From an uncultured Pseudomonadales bacterium (lineage in GTDB: Bacteria; Patescibacteriota; Microgenomatia; UBA1400; Chazhemtobacteraceae), in NCBI GenBank assembly GCA_964618725.1, contig CAZUBK010000002.1, positions 67,992 through 131,991 of the forward strand: a DNA stretch of 64,000 bases, given 5' to 3'. Shown here piece by piece: positions 27,991 through 37,706 of the stretch (position 1 is the stretch's first letter; every line of letters starts with the position of its first letter). Below the pieces are notes generated by a model. It was not told the origin of the DNA, did not search any database, and worked only from the letters and a program-made list of their open reading frames with translations. The position numbers and the translations under genes are program-made.

Positions 27991-28653
27991 ATGTCAATAA
28001 TTTTTGAATGTCTTACTTTTATACTCATTACTGTGATAGCTTGCGTGTTCTTATCGTACATAACAGAGGGGCGGGTTTGGCATTGGATACATACAAGACC
28101 ATTTACAACTGAAGACTTTACCGATGATCAGAAGAGTCTTTACTGCACACATTGCGGTGCGAGGTTGAGGATCGGTCGAAGATGGAAGACGATTCGTTTT
28201 GATGACGCTACTGGGAAACCAATTGCATACAAAAATAAAATCTCTTGCAGTTGTATCTATCGTGACGATGAGTATATTTATCGATCGGCAACGGAGATGT
28301 CAGAAACCGTGACACCAAAGGTTCCGCAAGCAGCTCTGCTTGGCGCAGGGACAGATGACTTCGCTAGAGCGCTGCAGCGAATTAAAGATAGGATCGCTAG
28401 TGATTATCCCAGGTCAGAAATGTATCTGGTCGAAAAAGACTCAAGTGTCGCCTATCAGCTGCGGTCTGCGGACTCTACCGTCCTGCTGGAGATGCAACCG
28501 AAAGCGATTCGGAGAAGAAGAAAAGATCGTTTAGAGTGTCAAACACAAGCGCCTTTGGTGAAAATCGCTACTGAGGAACTAGAAGGCCTTAGAGAGATCT
28601 TGAATCACAAGAGTAAGGCCGGCATTGTTGCAGTTGACGTGTCGGTGAAATAG
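27991..28653 (+). CDS. TM-anchored Zn-ribbon orphan with extra C-terminal domain; likely start MSIIFE
   Basis: TGaTATAAT, AAAGGA SD; CTHCG..W..TGKPIA..C. Confidence 0.75.
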   Translation: MSIIFECLTFILITVIACVFLSYITEGRVWHWIHTRPFTTEDFTDDQKSLYCTHCGARLRIGRRWKTIRFDDATGKPIAYKNKISCSCIYRDDEYIYRSATEMSETVTPKVPQAALLGAGTDDFARALQRIKDRIASDYPRSEMYLVEKDSSVAYQLRSADSTVLLEMQPKAIRRRRKDRLECQTQAPLVKIATEELEGLREILNHKSKAGIVAVDVSVK

Positions 28654-28662
28654 TTTTGATTG

Positions 28663-28690
28663 ACCCCCGCTTTTGCGGGGGTTTGTTTTT
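28663..28690 (+). terminator. intrinsic terminator
   Basis: acccccgc tttt gcgggggt ttgttttt. Confidence 0.85.
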
Positions 28691-28724
28691 GATAAAAAAG
28701 ATAACTAGTCAGTGAACAAAGATG

Positions 28725-28748
28725 AAAGCCGAGTGAGAACCCGGCTTT
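28725..28748 (-). terminator. intrinsic terminator
   Basis: aaagccg...cggcttt. Confidence 0.65.
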
Positions 28749-28764
28749 TGTGTGTAGATGGAAC

Positions 28765-29061
28765 TCAATTAATTTTGATAACTCTTTTTCCTTCATCCTC
28801 TCCAAGCTTTCCTTCAGCACCTATTTTCTCCCAACTTTGAACAATGACACTTCCCTCAGTTACATCTTCTAGCAGACATCCACCAAGAAAAAATTCTCGG
28901 CTGTCGTTTTCGATATTGCTAGCTGGAGTGAAAGAATATGGGTCTTTGCCAAACCAAGCTTTAATAAAATGTTCTAATGTGGATTGTTTATCTTCACTTC
29001 CGAAGATAATGTCCCATGATCCTTCAGAATCTTTGACTCTGTAATAGATATCGTAGATCAA
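28765..29061 (-). CDS. acidic orphan protein (TTG start)
   Basis: AGGAGG SD, TTGATA..TATAAT promoter. Confidence 0.7.
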   Translation of the reverse strand: MIYDIYYRVKDSEGSWDIIFGSEDKQSTLEHFIKAWFGKDPYSFTPASNIENDSREFFLGGCLLEDVTEGSVIVQSWEKIGAEGKLGEDEGKRVIKIN

Positions 29062-29150
29062 CTTTCCTCCTAAAAGAACAAAGTTTAGAGACCATTATAT
29101 CAATAACGTCCTTTATTATCAATCTATCAGACCGTTGTTGTGTTTCATGA

Positions 29151-29178
29151 AATAGGGCCGACGATTGTCGGCCCTATT
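29151..29178. terminator. intrinsic terminator
   Basis: aatagggccgac gatt gtcggccctatt (12-bp stem). Confidence 0.88.
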
Positions 29179-29185
29179 GCTTTTT

Positions 29186-29491
29186 CTAAACCTTCTTTTC
29201 CAAACTCATGACGAGCTTGTATTGTTCAGGAGTTAATGGATCTTCTCCTGCAGCCCCGAAGCTCCTTTTCTCGAAAACACCGAAGCGTTGGATGACCCGT
29301 CTACCGCCCCAAATCATGGCGACGACAATACTGGTATGCTCGGTGCCGCGACGTGGGTCTTTCCGGGTCTCGACGGCAATGATTTCAATGTTCCTTGGAA
29401 CTGGGTCGAAGATGCCTCTGTATTTCAAAAGGTGTGATTCGATCCGGGCCAAAACTCCAGCGTCCTCTAGGTCCTTGAAAGTTTCTGACAT
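29186..29491 (-). CDS. orphan hypothetical protein
   Basis: TTGACT..TGaTAGAAT promoter, own terminator. Confidence 0.7.
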   Translation of the reverse strand: MSETFKDLEDAGVLARIESHLLKYRGIFDPVPRNIEIIAVETRKDPRRGTEHTSIVVAMIWGGRRVIQRFGVFEKRSFGAAGEDPLTPEQYKLVMSLEKKV

Positions 29492-29572
29492 TAAATGCCT
29501 TCTTTCTAGATTGTAGGAATAAGGCTAATTCTATCACTATAGGGCTCGAAAGTCAAGGTTAGGGGAAATAGA

Positions 29573-30082
29573 TTAACGCTTTGGAGATTGACGCTTGGCA
29601 CGGGCTTTTGATCCGGCTGAGCCTGGTTTTCTGGTTTCTTTCATACGAGGATCACGGGTCAAGAAACCACGTTTTTTGAGAATGGGCTTGAAACGCTCTG
29701 GATTGACTTCGACGAGGGCTTTACTGACGGCATGGAGAAAGGCGCCAAGTTGACTCATGTGACCACCGCCGATGACTTTAACGGTAGCGGTGTATTTGGC
29801 ATGAGTGTTGGTAGTACGGAAAGGCTCCATATAGAGGGATTCGAGGGCCAGGCCAGGCCAGTACTCAGTAACGGGTTTGTTGTTGACGATAATGGGATCT
29901 TTGCCTTCAATGAGGTGGACGCGGGCAACAGAGCTCTTACGACGACCATAGGCGTAAATGTAGTCTCCCTTACGAGGCTTCGCCTGACTGGTAGTTTTTT
30001 CAGTGGTGCTTGATTTCTTAGCCTTTTGAATTGTTTCAGTGGGGCGGGATTCCTCTTTGATGATTTTTTTGGTTGCGCTCAT
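29573..30082 (-). CDS. rpsI: 30S ribosomal protein S9 with N-terminal extension
   Basis: GRRKSSVARV, LTRDPR, QSPKR. Confidence 0.97.
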   Translation of the reverse strand: MSATKKIIKEESRPTETIQKAKKSSTTEKTTSQAKPRKGDYIYAYGRRKSSVARVHLIEGKDPIIVNNKPVTEYWPGLALESLYMEPFRTTNTHAKYTATVKVIGGGHMSQLGAFLHAVSKALVEVNPERFKPILKKRGFLTRDPRMKETRKPGSAGSKARAKRQSPKR

Positions 30083-30086
30083 TTTT

Positions 30087-30515
30087 TTATACTTTATTGA
30101 CTGTTTTTAATTGATTCTCATAAGGGTGAGTGGTGTTGGAGAAGACTTTCAGTCTGGCGAGACGAGGAGATTGAAGCCTGTTTTTAGGAAGCATACCTTT
30201 AACAGCATGAGTAATGACTTTGGTGGGATCCTTGGTGAGTTGCTCAGAGAGAGAAGTGATGGTGAGACCGCTGGGGAAACCTGAGAAACGGGTGTAGGTC
30301 TTCTTGAGTAACTTTTTCCCGGTAACGGCAATGTCTTTGGCATTAATAGCAACAACGTAGTCACCATCATCCATGTTGGGAGTATAGGTAGCTTTGTGTT
30401 TACCCATTAAGAGCTTGGCGATAGCCACGGCACTGCGACCCAGGTTCTGATCTTTAAGATCAATCAGATGCCAGTGGCGTTTGATATCGTTTAGTTTTGT
30501 GATTGGCGTTTTCAT
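30087..30515 (-). CDS. rplM: 50S ribosomal protein L13
   Basis: LMGKHK.YTP..D.GD, VKGMLPKN. Confidence 0.97.
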   Translation of the reverse strand: MKTPITKLNDIKRHWHLIDLKDQNLGRSAVAIAKLLMGKHKATYTPNMDDGDYVVAINAKDIAVTGKKLLKKTYTRFSGFPSGLTITSLSEQLTKDPTKVITHAVKGMLPKNRLQSPRLARLKVFSNTTHPYENQLKTVNKV

Positions 30516-30558
30516 AACAGTAGTTCTTGACTAGTTAGTAGTTTGTTTGTGTAAGCAA

Positions 30559-30975
30559 TTATTTAGTGCTTTTGGGGGCAGACTCTTTTTTGAGAGGTTT
30601 GATTTCTTCTTTAGCTTTTTTGTCGACAATCTCAAGCTTGACCAGTGGAGCGTTGTCTCCTTTACGCAGTCCCAACTTGGTAACGCGGGTAAAACCGCTG
30701 TTTCTTTGACCAGTTCGGGGGGCTAATTCATCAACTAACTTGTTGACGGATTTGATATCGCCGAGGAAGGCGTGAAGAAGGCGACGAACATGAAGAGTGC
30801 CAAGTTTGCCGCGAGAGATTAAACGATCAAAGACGCCCTGAATGGCTTTGGCCTTAGGAGCGGTGGTCTTGATCTCTTCCTTGAGAATCAAGGAATTAAG
30901 AAGACTCTTGAAGAGGGCTTTTCTTTGATTGGTATTGCGGTTTAGTTTGCGACCGCGGATTTGATGCGAAGACAT
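30559..30975 (-). CDS. rplQ: 50S ribosomal protein L17
   Basis: IKTT.PKAK, SGFTR, GDNAP. Confidence 0.97.
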   Translation of the reverse strand: MSSHQIRGRKLNRNTNQRKALFKSLLNSLILKEEIKTTAPKAKAIQGVFDRLISRGKLGTLHVRRLLHAFLGDIKSVNKLVDELAPRTGQRNSGFTRVTKLGLRKGDNAPLVKLEIVDKKAKEEIKPLKKESAPKSTK

Positions 30976-30977
30976 AT

Positions 30978-31883
30978 TTACTTTAGTTCAATTTTTTTAG
31001 CGGCGAGAGCGGCCAAAACGTCTTCGACTGACTTGGCGCCCATGTTTTTAATCTTTAAGAGATCAGCGTGGGTAGCTTTGTTAAAATCTGAGAGTTTCTT
31101 GAAACCACCTTTTTTAAGGGAGTTGGTGATACGGGTGGGAAGACCGAGCTCTTCGACGGTTTGATCCATAAGAGGATTGATTAGGGCGGGTTCTTCAATC
31201 GCGGCCTCAAAGGTAGGTTGATAGACGTGGGTGAAAAAGTTGCTTAAGAGAAGAGCCGCCTCTTTAACAGCCTCTTGCGGGGTCATTGAGCCATCGGTCT
31301 CAACTGAAAGAACGAGACGATCGAGGTCGGTGCGACGACCAACACGAGTGGCTTCAACTGAGTAGTTGGCCTTAATAACGGGAGTGAAGGCTGAGTCGAG
31401 AGGTACGACACCGACTTCAGGCGTGCCATGTTCATCTGAGGTGACGTAGCCAACACCTTTATCAACTTGGATTGTTGCTTTCAACTTACTCTTGTCGGTA
31501 GTGAGGGTACCAAGATGATGATCCGGATTGAGGACTTCAACACCTCCTGGACACTCAAGATCCTTGGCGGTTAATTCTTTTTTGCCCTTTTGGTCAATTT
31601 TGACGGTGACGGGGCCGTCCACTTGAAGATTGAAACGGACGCCTTTGAGATTGATGAGAAAGTCGACGATGTTTTCTTGAAGACCATCAAGGGTGGTGAA
31701 TTGGTGATTAACACCTTCGATACTGGCCTCTGTGGCGGCACTACCGGGTAGAGAAGTGAGAAGGACGCGGCGAAGAGCATTGCCTAGGGTGTGGCCGAAA
31801 CCTTTCTCGAGGGGTTCCATATGGATGACAGCACTATTGTTCTCGGAAGAAACAAGATTGAGTTTGAAGTTGGGTTTGATCAT
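30978..31883 (-). CDS. rpoA: RNA polymerase alpha subunit
   Basis: EPLEKGFGHTLGNALRRVLL, NMGAKS. Confidence 0.98.
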   Translation of the reverse strand: MIKPNFKLNLVSSENNSAVIHMEPLEKGFGHTLGNALRRVLLTSLPGSAATEASIEGVNHQFTTLDGLQENIVDFLINLKGVRFNLQVDGPVTVKIDQKGKKELTAKDLECPGGVEVLNPDHHLGTLTTDKSKLKATIQVDKGVGYVTSDEHGTPEVGVVPLDSAFTPVIKANYSVEATRVGRRTDLDRLVLSVETDGSMTPQEAVKEAALLLSNFFTHVYQPTFEAAIEEPALINPLMDQTVEELGLPTRITNSLKKGGFKKLSDFNKATHADLLKIKNMGAKSVEDVLAALAAKKIELK

Positions 31884-31924
31884 GGTGACTTTGGTTTAAG
31901 ACTAAAAGAGATATCAGTTAGTCT

Positions 31925-32527
31925 TTAGCGTGAATAATATTCAATAATTAATTGTTCATTGATACCGGATTCGATTTCGTCTCTTTTGGGAAGACGGGCG
32001 ACCTGGACGACAGCGGCTTTACGCTTAAGCCAACCAGGAATTTCTTTTTTGGCTTCCAGACTTTGTTTAATTAGAGCATTTTGTAGGGCTTTAGACGAGA
32101 GGGTGATGACTTGCTCTGGTGAAACTTTGTAAGAAGGCACGTTGACTCTTTTGTTATCGACCAAAACATTGCCGTGAGCAACGAGCTGGCGAGCGGCCGG
32201 TCGAGTGGTGACGAAACCAGAAGTATAGACGATATTGTCTAGTCTGGTTTCTAAAAGCTGAAGAAGACGGATGCCTGTGTTGGCGGGAGATTTGGTGGCT
32301 TCTTCATAGTAGCGACGGAACTGTTTCTCCAAGACACCATAAAGGCGCTTGGTTTTTTGTTTCTCGCGGAGCTGTTTACCGAAGTCGGAGCTTGTACGGG
32401 AGAATTTTTTGCCGTGCTGACCAGGGGCTTGGAAGCCTTTTTTCTCCACAGGACATTTGGGAGAGTTACAGAGTTTCATGCCCTCGCGGCGACAAAGTCG
32501 GTGTTTGGGTCCAGTGTAGCGTGCCAT
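31925..32527 (-). CDS. rpsD: 30S ribosomal protein S4
   Basis: MARYTGP, LETRLDN, IIEYYSR. Confidence 0.98.
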   Translation of the reverse strand: MARYTGPKHRLCRREGMKLCNSPKCPVEKKGFQAPGQHGKKFSRTSSDFGKQLREKQKTKRLYGVLEKQFRRYYEEATKSPANTGIRLLQLLETRLDNIVYTSGFVTTRPAARQLVAHGNVLVDNKRVNVPSYKVSPEQVITLSSKALQNALIKQSLEAKKEIPGWLKRKAAVVQVARLPKRDEIESGINEQLIIEYYSR

Positions 32528-32558
32528 ATTTTGTTTTAGTTATTTCTTAATTAATATC

Positions 32559-33008
32559 TTAGACGCGACGGGGCTTCTTGGGGCGACAGCCGTTGTGAGG
32601 AATGGGAGTGATGTCAGTAATCTGGATGATGTCAAGACCACTATTGCGAAGAACGCGAAGCGCGGCATCACGACCAGGACCTGGTCCTTTAATATACACC
32701 TGGATTTGGTGCATACCTTTTTCTTTGACCTTGCGAAGAGCTTCTTCAATGGTAGTAGTAGCGGCAAACGGAGTAGACTTGCGGGTACCCTTGAAACCGA
32801 CACTACCAGTAGAGGCCCAGGAAATAACTTGACCTTTAAGATCGGTAAAGGTAACCAGAGTACTGTTAAAAGTAGCCTTGATGTACATGCGTCCAGAGGG
32901 GACGATCTTGGGAGCGGATTTTTTGGTTGTCTTAGTAGTGATTGCTTTTTTGGTAGCTCCCGCTTTGCGGGATTTCACATTATTTTTATCTTCTTTTGAG
33001 TTCAACAT
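32559..33008 (-). CDS. rpsK: 30S ribosomal protein S11
   Basis: RKSTPFAA, GPGPGR, PHNGCR. Confidence 0.98.
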   Translation of the reverse strand: MLNSKEDKNNVKSRKAGATKKAITTKTTKKSAPKIVPSGRMYIKATFNSTLVTFTDLKGQVISWASTGSVGFKGTRKSTPFAATTTIEEALRKVKEKGMHQIQVYIKGPGPGRDAALRVLRNSGLDIIQITDITPIPHNGCRPKKPRRV

Positions 33009-33009
33009 A

Positions 33010-33408
33010 TTATTTAGCGGGGGTTTCTAATTTTTGACGCATTTCCTTGGTCATAGCACCGACGGTCTTGCGTTTACCTTTTCGGGTACGCGCATTGGTC
33101 CTGGTGTGTTGACCGCGAACGGGAAGACCCATATGATGACGAAGACCGCGATAACTACCAACGCGTTTAAGACGTTGGATATTCTCACGGACAATTTTGC
33201 GAAGATCTCCCTCAACAGGAGTTTTCTCTATAATGGAAGCGAGAGTTTGAATCTGAGCACCGGTAAGAGTACTGGCTTTAACCTCTGGACTAATACCGGC
33301 AGTGGCAAGGATCTTCTTGGCGGTGGTACGTCCGATACCATGGATATAGGTGAGGGCAATAGCGATATGTTTGTTGTTTGGTAGATCGATACCGGATAAG
33401 CGAGCCAT
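33010..33408 (-). CDS. rpsM: 30S ribosomal protein S13
   Basis: [23 protein letters not shown]. Confidence 0.98.
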   Translation of the reverse strand: MARLSGIDLPNNKHIAIALTYIHGIGRTTAKKILATAGISPEVKASTLTGAQIQTLASIIEKTPVEGDLRKIVRENIQRLKRVGSYRGLRHHMGLPVRGQHTRTNARTRKGKRKTVGAMTKEMRQKLETPAK

Positions 33409-33440
33409 GATTTAGTTAGCGTTGTTAGTTTCTAATATTA

Positions 33441-33554
33441 TTATCCTTGGCGTTGTTTGTGCCTAGGGTTGCTACAGACGACGTAAAGCTGTCCGCGTCG
33501 GCGGATTGTTTTGCAGTTTTTGCAGCGTGGTTTAATTGATGCTTTAACTTTCAT
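33441..33554 (-). CDS. rpmJ: 50S ribosomal protein L36 (Zn-binding type)
   Basis: Hand translation [37 protein letters not shown]. Confidence 0.97.
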   Translation of the reverse strand: MKVKASIKPRCKNCKTIRRRGQLYVVCSNPRHKQRQG

Positions 33555-33608
33555 ATTATTTAATCCACTATAAGCGTGGAGGTATCGGCATAGAAGAGAC
33601 AAAGCTGA

Positions 33609-33827
33609 TTAGCCACGATAGACGATGCGACCTTTGGTTTCATCGTAGGGAGTAACCTCGACTTTGACGTTATCTCCCGGCATGACTTTAATCTTGTAAA
33701 GACGCATTTTACCAGAGAGGTGGCAAATGAGCTCTTTACCGTCTTTTAGTTGAACTTTGAATTGGGCATTGGGCAAGGCCTGCGAAATAAATCCCTCAAC
33801 CTGAGTAACAGCTTTGTTAGGTGCCAT
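33609..33827 (-). CDS. infA: translation initiation factor IF-1
   Basis: ALPNAQF, HLSGKMR, KGRIVYR. Confidence 0.97.
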   Translation of the reverse strand: MAPNKAVTQVEGFISQALPNAQFKVQLKDGKELICHLSGKMRLYKIKVMPGDNVKVEVTPYDETKGRIVYRG

Positions 33828-33879
33828 ATTTATGCGTAAATTATATCAGACTATTTAATGTTTGGCTACACAGACAAGA

Positions 33880-33907
33880 TTCTCCCCTGCTGTTAGGCAG
33901 GGGAGAA
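33880..33907 (-). terminator. intrinsic terminator
   Basis: ttctcccctgc tgttag gcaggggagaa. Confidence 0.85.
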
Positions 33908-33913
33908 CTATAT

Positions 33914-34231
33914 TCACTTCTTGTCCAAGGACTCGACATCAAGGCCTGTGATGAAATCAGTAAAGGCCGCTGCATTGAGAGACTGGAACTTGAGGCCGAA
34001 TTGATTGAGAGCTAATTCTAGTTCGCCGATATGTTGACGCCCATCTGCTTGGATGACGGGATCGGCGCTGGTTAGCTCGGCGTCGATCTCGCCAATTAGC
34101 GGTGCCAGAGCCCGAAGAATCGCCCTGAAACAAGCGCTTCGAACCCGGTCTATCGCAATTTGCTCAGACATGTCATAGGTAATGCCAGTCCGTATCCCGC
34201 GGTCGTCTTCGCTAATGGTAGTCTTGATCAT
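33914..34231 (-). CDS. orphan protein between map and infA; start MIKTTISE
   Basis: GGAGG SD; TTGACT-17-TATATT promoter. Confidence 0.7.
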   Translation of the reverse strand: MIKTTISEDDRGIRTGITYDMSEQIAIDRVRSACFRAILRALAPLIGEIDAELTSADPVIQADGRQHIGELELALNQFGLKFQSLNAAAFTDFITGLDVESLDKK

Positions 34232-34314
34232 TAATCCTCCACAAGAAAGTTTTGAATGTATGGAGGATAATATATCAGGCCCAAGGCTAATAGTCAACCT
34301 ATATTTCTTTAAAA

Positions 34315-35046
34315 CTATTTCGTCAAAATGATTGGGCCTTTTTGCGAGATATAGATAGTATGCTCGACCTGGCCAGCGAGGGTGCCGTCGGCGGTGCGGA
34401 TGGTCCATCCGTCTTTGGCAATCTTGATTCGGCCGTTGCCAGTGGTATACATTGGCTCAATGGCTATGGTTTGGCCAACTTGGAGGACTGGGTCCTTTCC
34501 ATCTTCAACGAAGTTGGGGATATAGGGTTCTTCATGTAACTTTTGGCCGACACCGTGTCCGGTAAGCTCGCGGATAACAGTGAAGTTATTGCCTTCAATG
34601 AGGGACTGAATGGCGCGGGAGATATCAGAGACTTTATGACCGGCCTTGGCGGCACGGACACCAGCATTAAGAGCAAGGCGGCCTACCTCAAGGAAATGGC
34701 GTTGAAAGGGAGTAGAGGTACCAACGACAAGGCTAGCGGTGGTATCTGTGTAGTAGTCCTGATAGTAGAGGCCGATGTCGATACTAAGTAGATCGCCATC
34801 AAGGAGCGTTTGGTCACTGGGGATACCGTGAACGACAACGTCGTTGACATTTAGACAAGTGGCCCAATCATAACCGGGAACCTTTTTGAAGGCAGCTTCA
34901 CCGCCGGACTTGCTAATCAGCTGATTAGCCAGATCCTCGATGGCTTGTAACTTGATGCCAGGTCTCGCGAAAGCGACGAGTTGATCGCGGATGGCAGCCA
35001 ATTTATGACCCCCTTCTCTCATGGAGAGTAACTTTTCTTGATTCAT
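34315..35046 (-). CDS. map: methionine aminopeptidase type I; likely start MNQEK
   Basis: VVHGIP, DIG..YTD, GHGVG..LHEEP, AIEPM, EHT. Confidence 0.96.
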   Translation of the reverse strand: MNQEKLLSMREGGHKLAAIRDQLVAFARPGIKLQAIEDLANQLISKSGGEAAFKKVPGYDWATCLNVNDVVVHGIPSDQTLLDGDLLSIDIGLYYQDYYTDTTASLVVGTSTPFQRHFLEVGRLALNAGVRAAKAGHKVSDISRAIQSLIEGNNFTVIRELTGHGVGQKLHEEPYIPNFVEDGKDPVLQVGQTIAIEPMYTTGNGRIKIAKDGWTIRTADGTLAGQVEHTIYISQKGPIILTK

Positions 35047-35087
35047 GGATCCAATTTTACTAGAGAAAAGCAAAAGTGGGTAGCTGG

Positions 35088-35627
35088 TCAGGCCAAGTGT
35101 CTGAGGATATCTTGAAAGATAGTCTCAATATCGGGGCGGCCGTCAATACGACGAAGAAGATTGCGCTTGAAATAGTAGTCAATAACGGGGATGGTTGTCT
35201 GATTGTATATCTTGAGTCTTTCTCGGATGGTATCTTCGTTGTCATCTGGCCTATTCTCAGTCTTAGCACGTTTGAGGAGACGAGTGACAGCTTCATCGTC
35301 GGGGAGATCCAGTAAGATGGCGTGATTGATTGCTATTCCTTGTTCTTTGAAGAACTGGTCTAGTTGTATAGCCTGAGTGAGATTTCTGGGAGTACCATCG
35401 AGAACGAAGCCAGAGGCATTTTTTAGCGAAGGCAAGATGACTTTAAGGACGATTCCGAAGGGAACGAGTTCTCCAGAATCAAGAATCTGTTGAAGTGCTG
35501 GATCAGTTTTAGCAGCCTGGCGGAGGAGCTGGCCTGAGGAGATATGAGTAAGACCAAAGTGATCAGCAAGAAGCTTAGCTTGGGTGCCTTTACCAGAACC
35601 AGGAGCACCGAGAATGATGAGATTCAT
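35088..35627 (-). CDS. adk: adenylate kinase (short LID)
   Basis: GAPGSGKGTQ, LDGTPR, RPDD. Confidence 0.96.
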   Translation of the reverse strand: MNLIILGAPGSGKGTQAKLLADHFGLTHISSGQLLRQAAKTDPALQQILDSGELVPFGIVLKVILPSLKNASGFVLDGTPRNLTQAIQLDQFFKEQGIAINHAILLDLPDDEAVTRLLKRAKTENRPDDNEDTIRERLKIYNQTTIPVIDYYFKRNLLRRIDGRPDIETIFQDILRHLA

Positions 35628-35660
35628 AGATTGAGAGTAACACGGAGGAAGAACGAAGAG

Positions 35661-35685
35661 AAGGCACCCCGGGGAGGGGTGCCTT
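35661..35685 (-). terminator. intrinsic terminator
   Basis: aaggcacccc gggga ggggtgcctt. Confidence 0.85.
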
Positions 35686-35688
35686 AAT

Positions 35689-35982
35689 TCAATTGAGATT
35701 GTAGATCGCTTCGATTGACGAAGTATTCATATCCTCGTCACCGAAAACCTGGAAAATGGCGTGATAGCCCTTCACCAGGCAACCGGGAAATTCCAGGACC
35801 CATTGGTTGTTGGGGGCAAGGTACCCCGAGCCAATGAGACGAACCAACAGATCATTTCCATAATCCGGGATGGGGTCGCCAGAGCGAACCAGAGCATAGA
35901 CGTCCTTACAGTCCGTGCTACGGAAGGCGTATTTTGCACCGCTGGCGGTGATGAAGACGATATTTGCAAGCTTGGCGAACAT
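35689..35982 (-). CDS. orphan protein between secY and adk; start MFAKLAN
   Basis: AGGAGG SD; TTGACA-17-TATAGT promoter at 36016-36044. Confidence 0.7.
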   Translation of the reverse strand: MFAKLANIVFITASGAKYAFRSTDCKDVYALVRSGDPIPDYGNDLLVRLIGSGYLAPNNQWVLEFPGCLVKGYHAIFQVFGDEDMNTSSIEAIYNLN

Positions 35983-36046
35983 AGTCCCTCCTAAGGGATA
36001 AAAAGATTTTGATATACTATAAGCTTTTCTGGGGGATTTGTCAAGC

Positions 36047-37327
36047 CTAGGAGAGGAAGCGGTCGTAGTTACGCATGACGAGCTGGGCTTCGATGTCCTT
36101 GGCGGACTCAAGGATGACAGAGACGACGATGAGCAGTCCCGTGCCGCCCAGACCGGCGGAAGTGACACCAGTAATGGCCTGGGTAACATTAGGAAGAATA
36201 GCGATTAGCCCCAGGAAAAGGGCCCCAGCGAGGGTAATCCTATTGAGAATATTAGAGAGATACCTAGCCGTGGCTTCTCCGGGTCTGACACCGGGAATGA
36301 AGCCACCATTTTTCTTGATCTGATCAGCAATCTTTTCCGGGTTACTGATGACGGCAGTATAGAAGAAAGTAAAGAAGACGACGAGAATGAAATAAAGGAG
36401 GGCATAGAAGGGGCTTTGTTGTTGGAAGTTAACACTCAAGAAACGACCAATGTTTGAGAGAGTGGGGTTTGATGAGCCGCTAAAGACACCACTTAGGAGA
36501 GTAGGAATGAGCATTAAAGAAACTGCAAAAATGATGGGGATGACGCCGGCTTGGTTAAGGCGGAGAGGTAGGTGGGTTAGTTGGCTACCTTGGGTAGAAA
36601 CAGAACGGGTACGCCGGGCATACTGGACGGTAATATTTCTAGTGGCCTCGGTAATCTTAACGACAAAGTAAATGACAGCCAAAGCCATAACGGCAAACAC
36701 GATTAAATTGGTGAGATTTTGGGATGAGGTAGTGGTGGTAGTCTGGAAAAGAGTGACAGGGAGACGACCGGCAATACCGGCAAAGATGATAATACTGACA
36801 CCGTTACTAAGGCCATACTGAGAAATTAGCTCACCGAGCCACATCAGAAGCATGGTACCGGCAGTGAGAGTGGTAATAATGGCAAAGAGTTGGAGGGGGT
36901 TGTTGACGGTAATATTCTGGGAGCGCATGAGAGCAAGAAGGCCAAAGGACTGGACAACGGAAAGTGGGAGGGTGAGGAAGCGCGTGTATTGATTGATTTT
37001 TTCCCGACCATATTCACCTTCTTTACTTAATTCTTCGAGTTGAGGAAAGACCATGGTGAGCATTTGGATGATGATGGAGGCATTGATGTAGGGGTTGACA
37101 CCCAAGGCCATGATGGAAAAATTGGCGAGGGTTCCTCCAGAGAAAATGTCGAGAAGGGTGAGTAAGGCAGAGCCGGCAAAGAGTTGCTTGAGGGTGGCCG
37201 TGTCGATACCGGGGAGGGGAATGTGAGCGAGAGCGCGGAAGAAAGCTAAGATGGCTAGAGTAATGAGAATTTTGTTTCGAAGCGGCTTAATGCGCCAGAT
37301 ATTTTTAAGGGTGGTAGTGATAGACAT
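36047..37327 (-). CDS. secY: preprotein translocase SecY
   Basis: [42 protein letters not shown]. Confidence 0.98.
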   Translation of the reverse strand: MSITTTLKNIWRIKPLRNKILITLAILAFFRALAHIPLPGIDTATLKQLFAGSALLTLLDIFSGGTLANFSIMALGVNPYINASIIIQMLTMVFPQLEELSKEGEYGREKINQYTRFLTLPLSVVQSFGLLALMRSQNITVNNPLQLFAIITTLTAGTMLLMWLGELISQYGLSNGVSIIIFAGIAGRLPVTLFQTTTTTSSQNLTNLIVFAVMALAVIYFVVKITEATRNITVQYARRTRSVSTQGSQLTHLPLRLNQAGVIPIIFAVSLMLIPTLLSGVFSGSSNPTLSNIGRFLSVNFQQQSPFYALLYFILVVFFTFFYTAVISNPEKIADQIKKNGGFIPGVRPGEATARYLSNILNRITLAGALFLGLIAILPNVTQAITGVTSAGLGGTGLLIVVSVILESAKDIEAQLVMRNYDRFLS

Positions 37328-37426
37328 GGGCTGATTATATCAGCCTGAGAAGGGGGGTAGAGTTGACAAAATTGAGCATTTTCGGTATTATGGGCTTGTA
37401 CAGACAAGGAATAACTGGAGGCAAAG

Positions 37427-37663
37427 ATGCGACAGTTTTATATCACCAATGGACAGGCTGTCATTCAGGCGATCTTAATCATCTGGGAAGCAGAGGATCG
37501 AGTAGGAAAAACTCGAACTCGCTTTGAGGTGATGCTGGCGGTCGAGTCGCCAGAATGCAAGGGAGGAGCCATCATTACCGATCTGGGTGAATTGCATTGG
37601 ACGATTTTCCGGAATGTCTTGGATGGTCTCAAGGCCGAGTATGTAGTTGTGTATCCAAATTAG
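37427..37663 (+). CDS. orphan protein inserted antisense between rplO and secY
   Basis: TTGACA..TATTAT promoter at 37363, GGAGG SD, terminator. Confidence 0.72.
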   Translation: MRQFYITNGQAVIQAILIIWEAEDRVGKTRTRFEVMLAVESPECKGGAIITDLGELHWTIFRNVLDGLKAEYVVVYPN

Positions 37664-37674
37664 GAAGAGAAATG

Positions 37675-37698
37675 GCCGCTAGAAATAGCGGCTTTTTT
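37675..37698. terminator. intrinsic terminator
   Basis: gccgcta gaaa tagcggc tttttt. Confidence 0.85.
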
Positions 37699-37706
37699 AT
37701 GGGAAT

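Noticed and set aside
33914-36189. Long versions of ORFs 33914-34408 and 35689-36189
   Set aside because: Their N-termini overlap map and secY out of frame; internal promoters and SDs define starts at 34231 and 35982.
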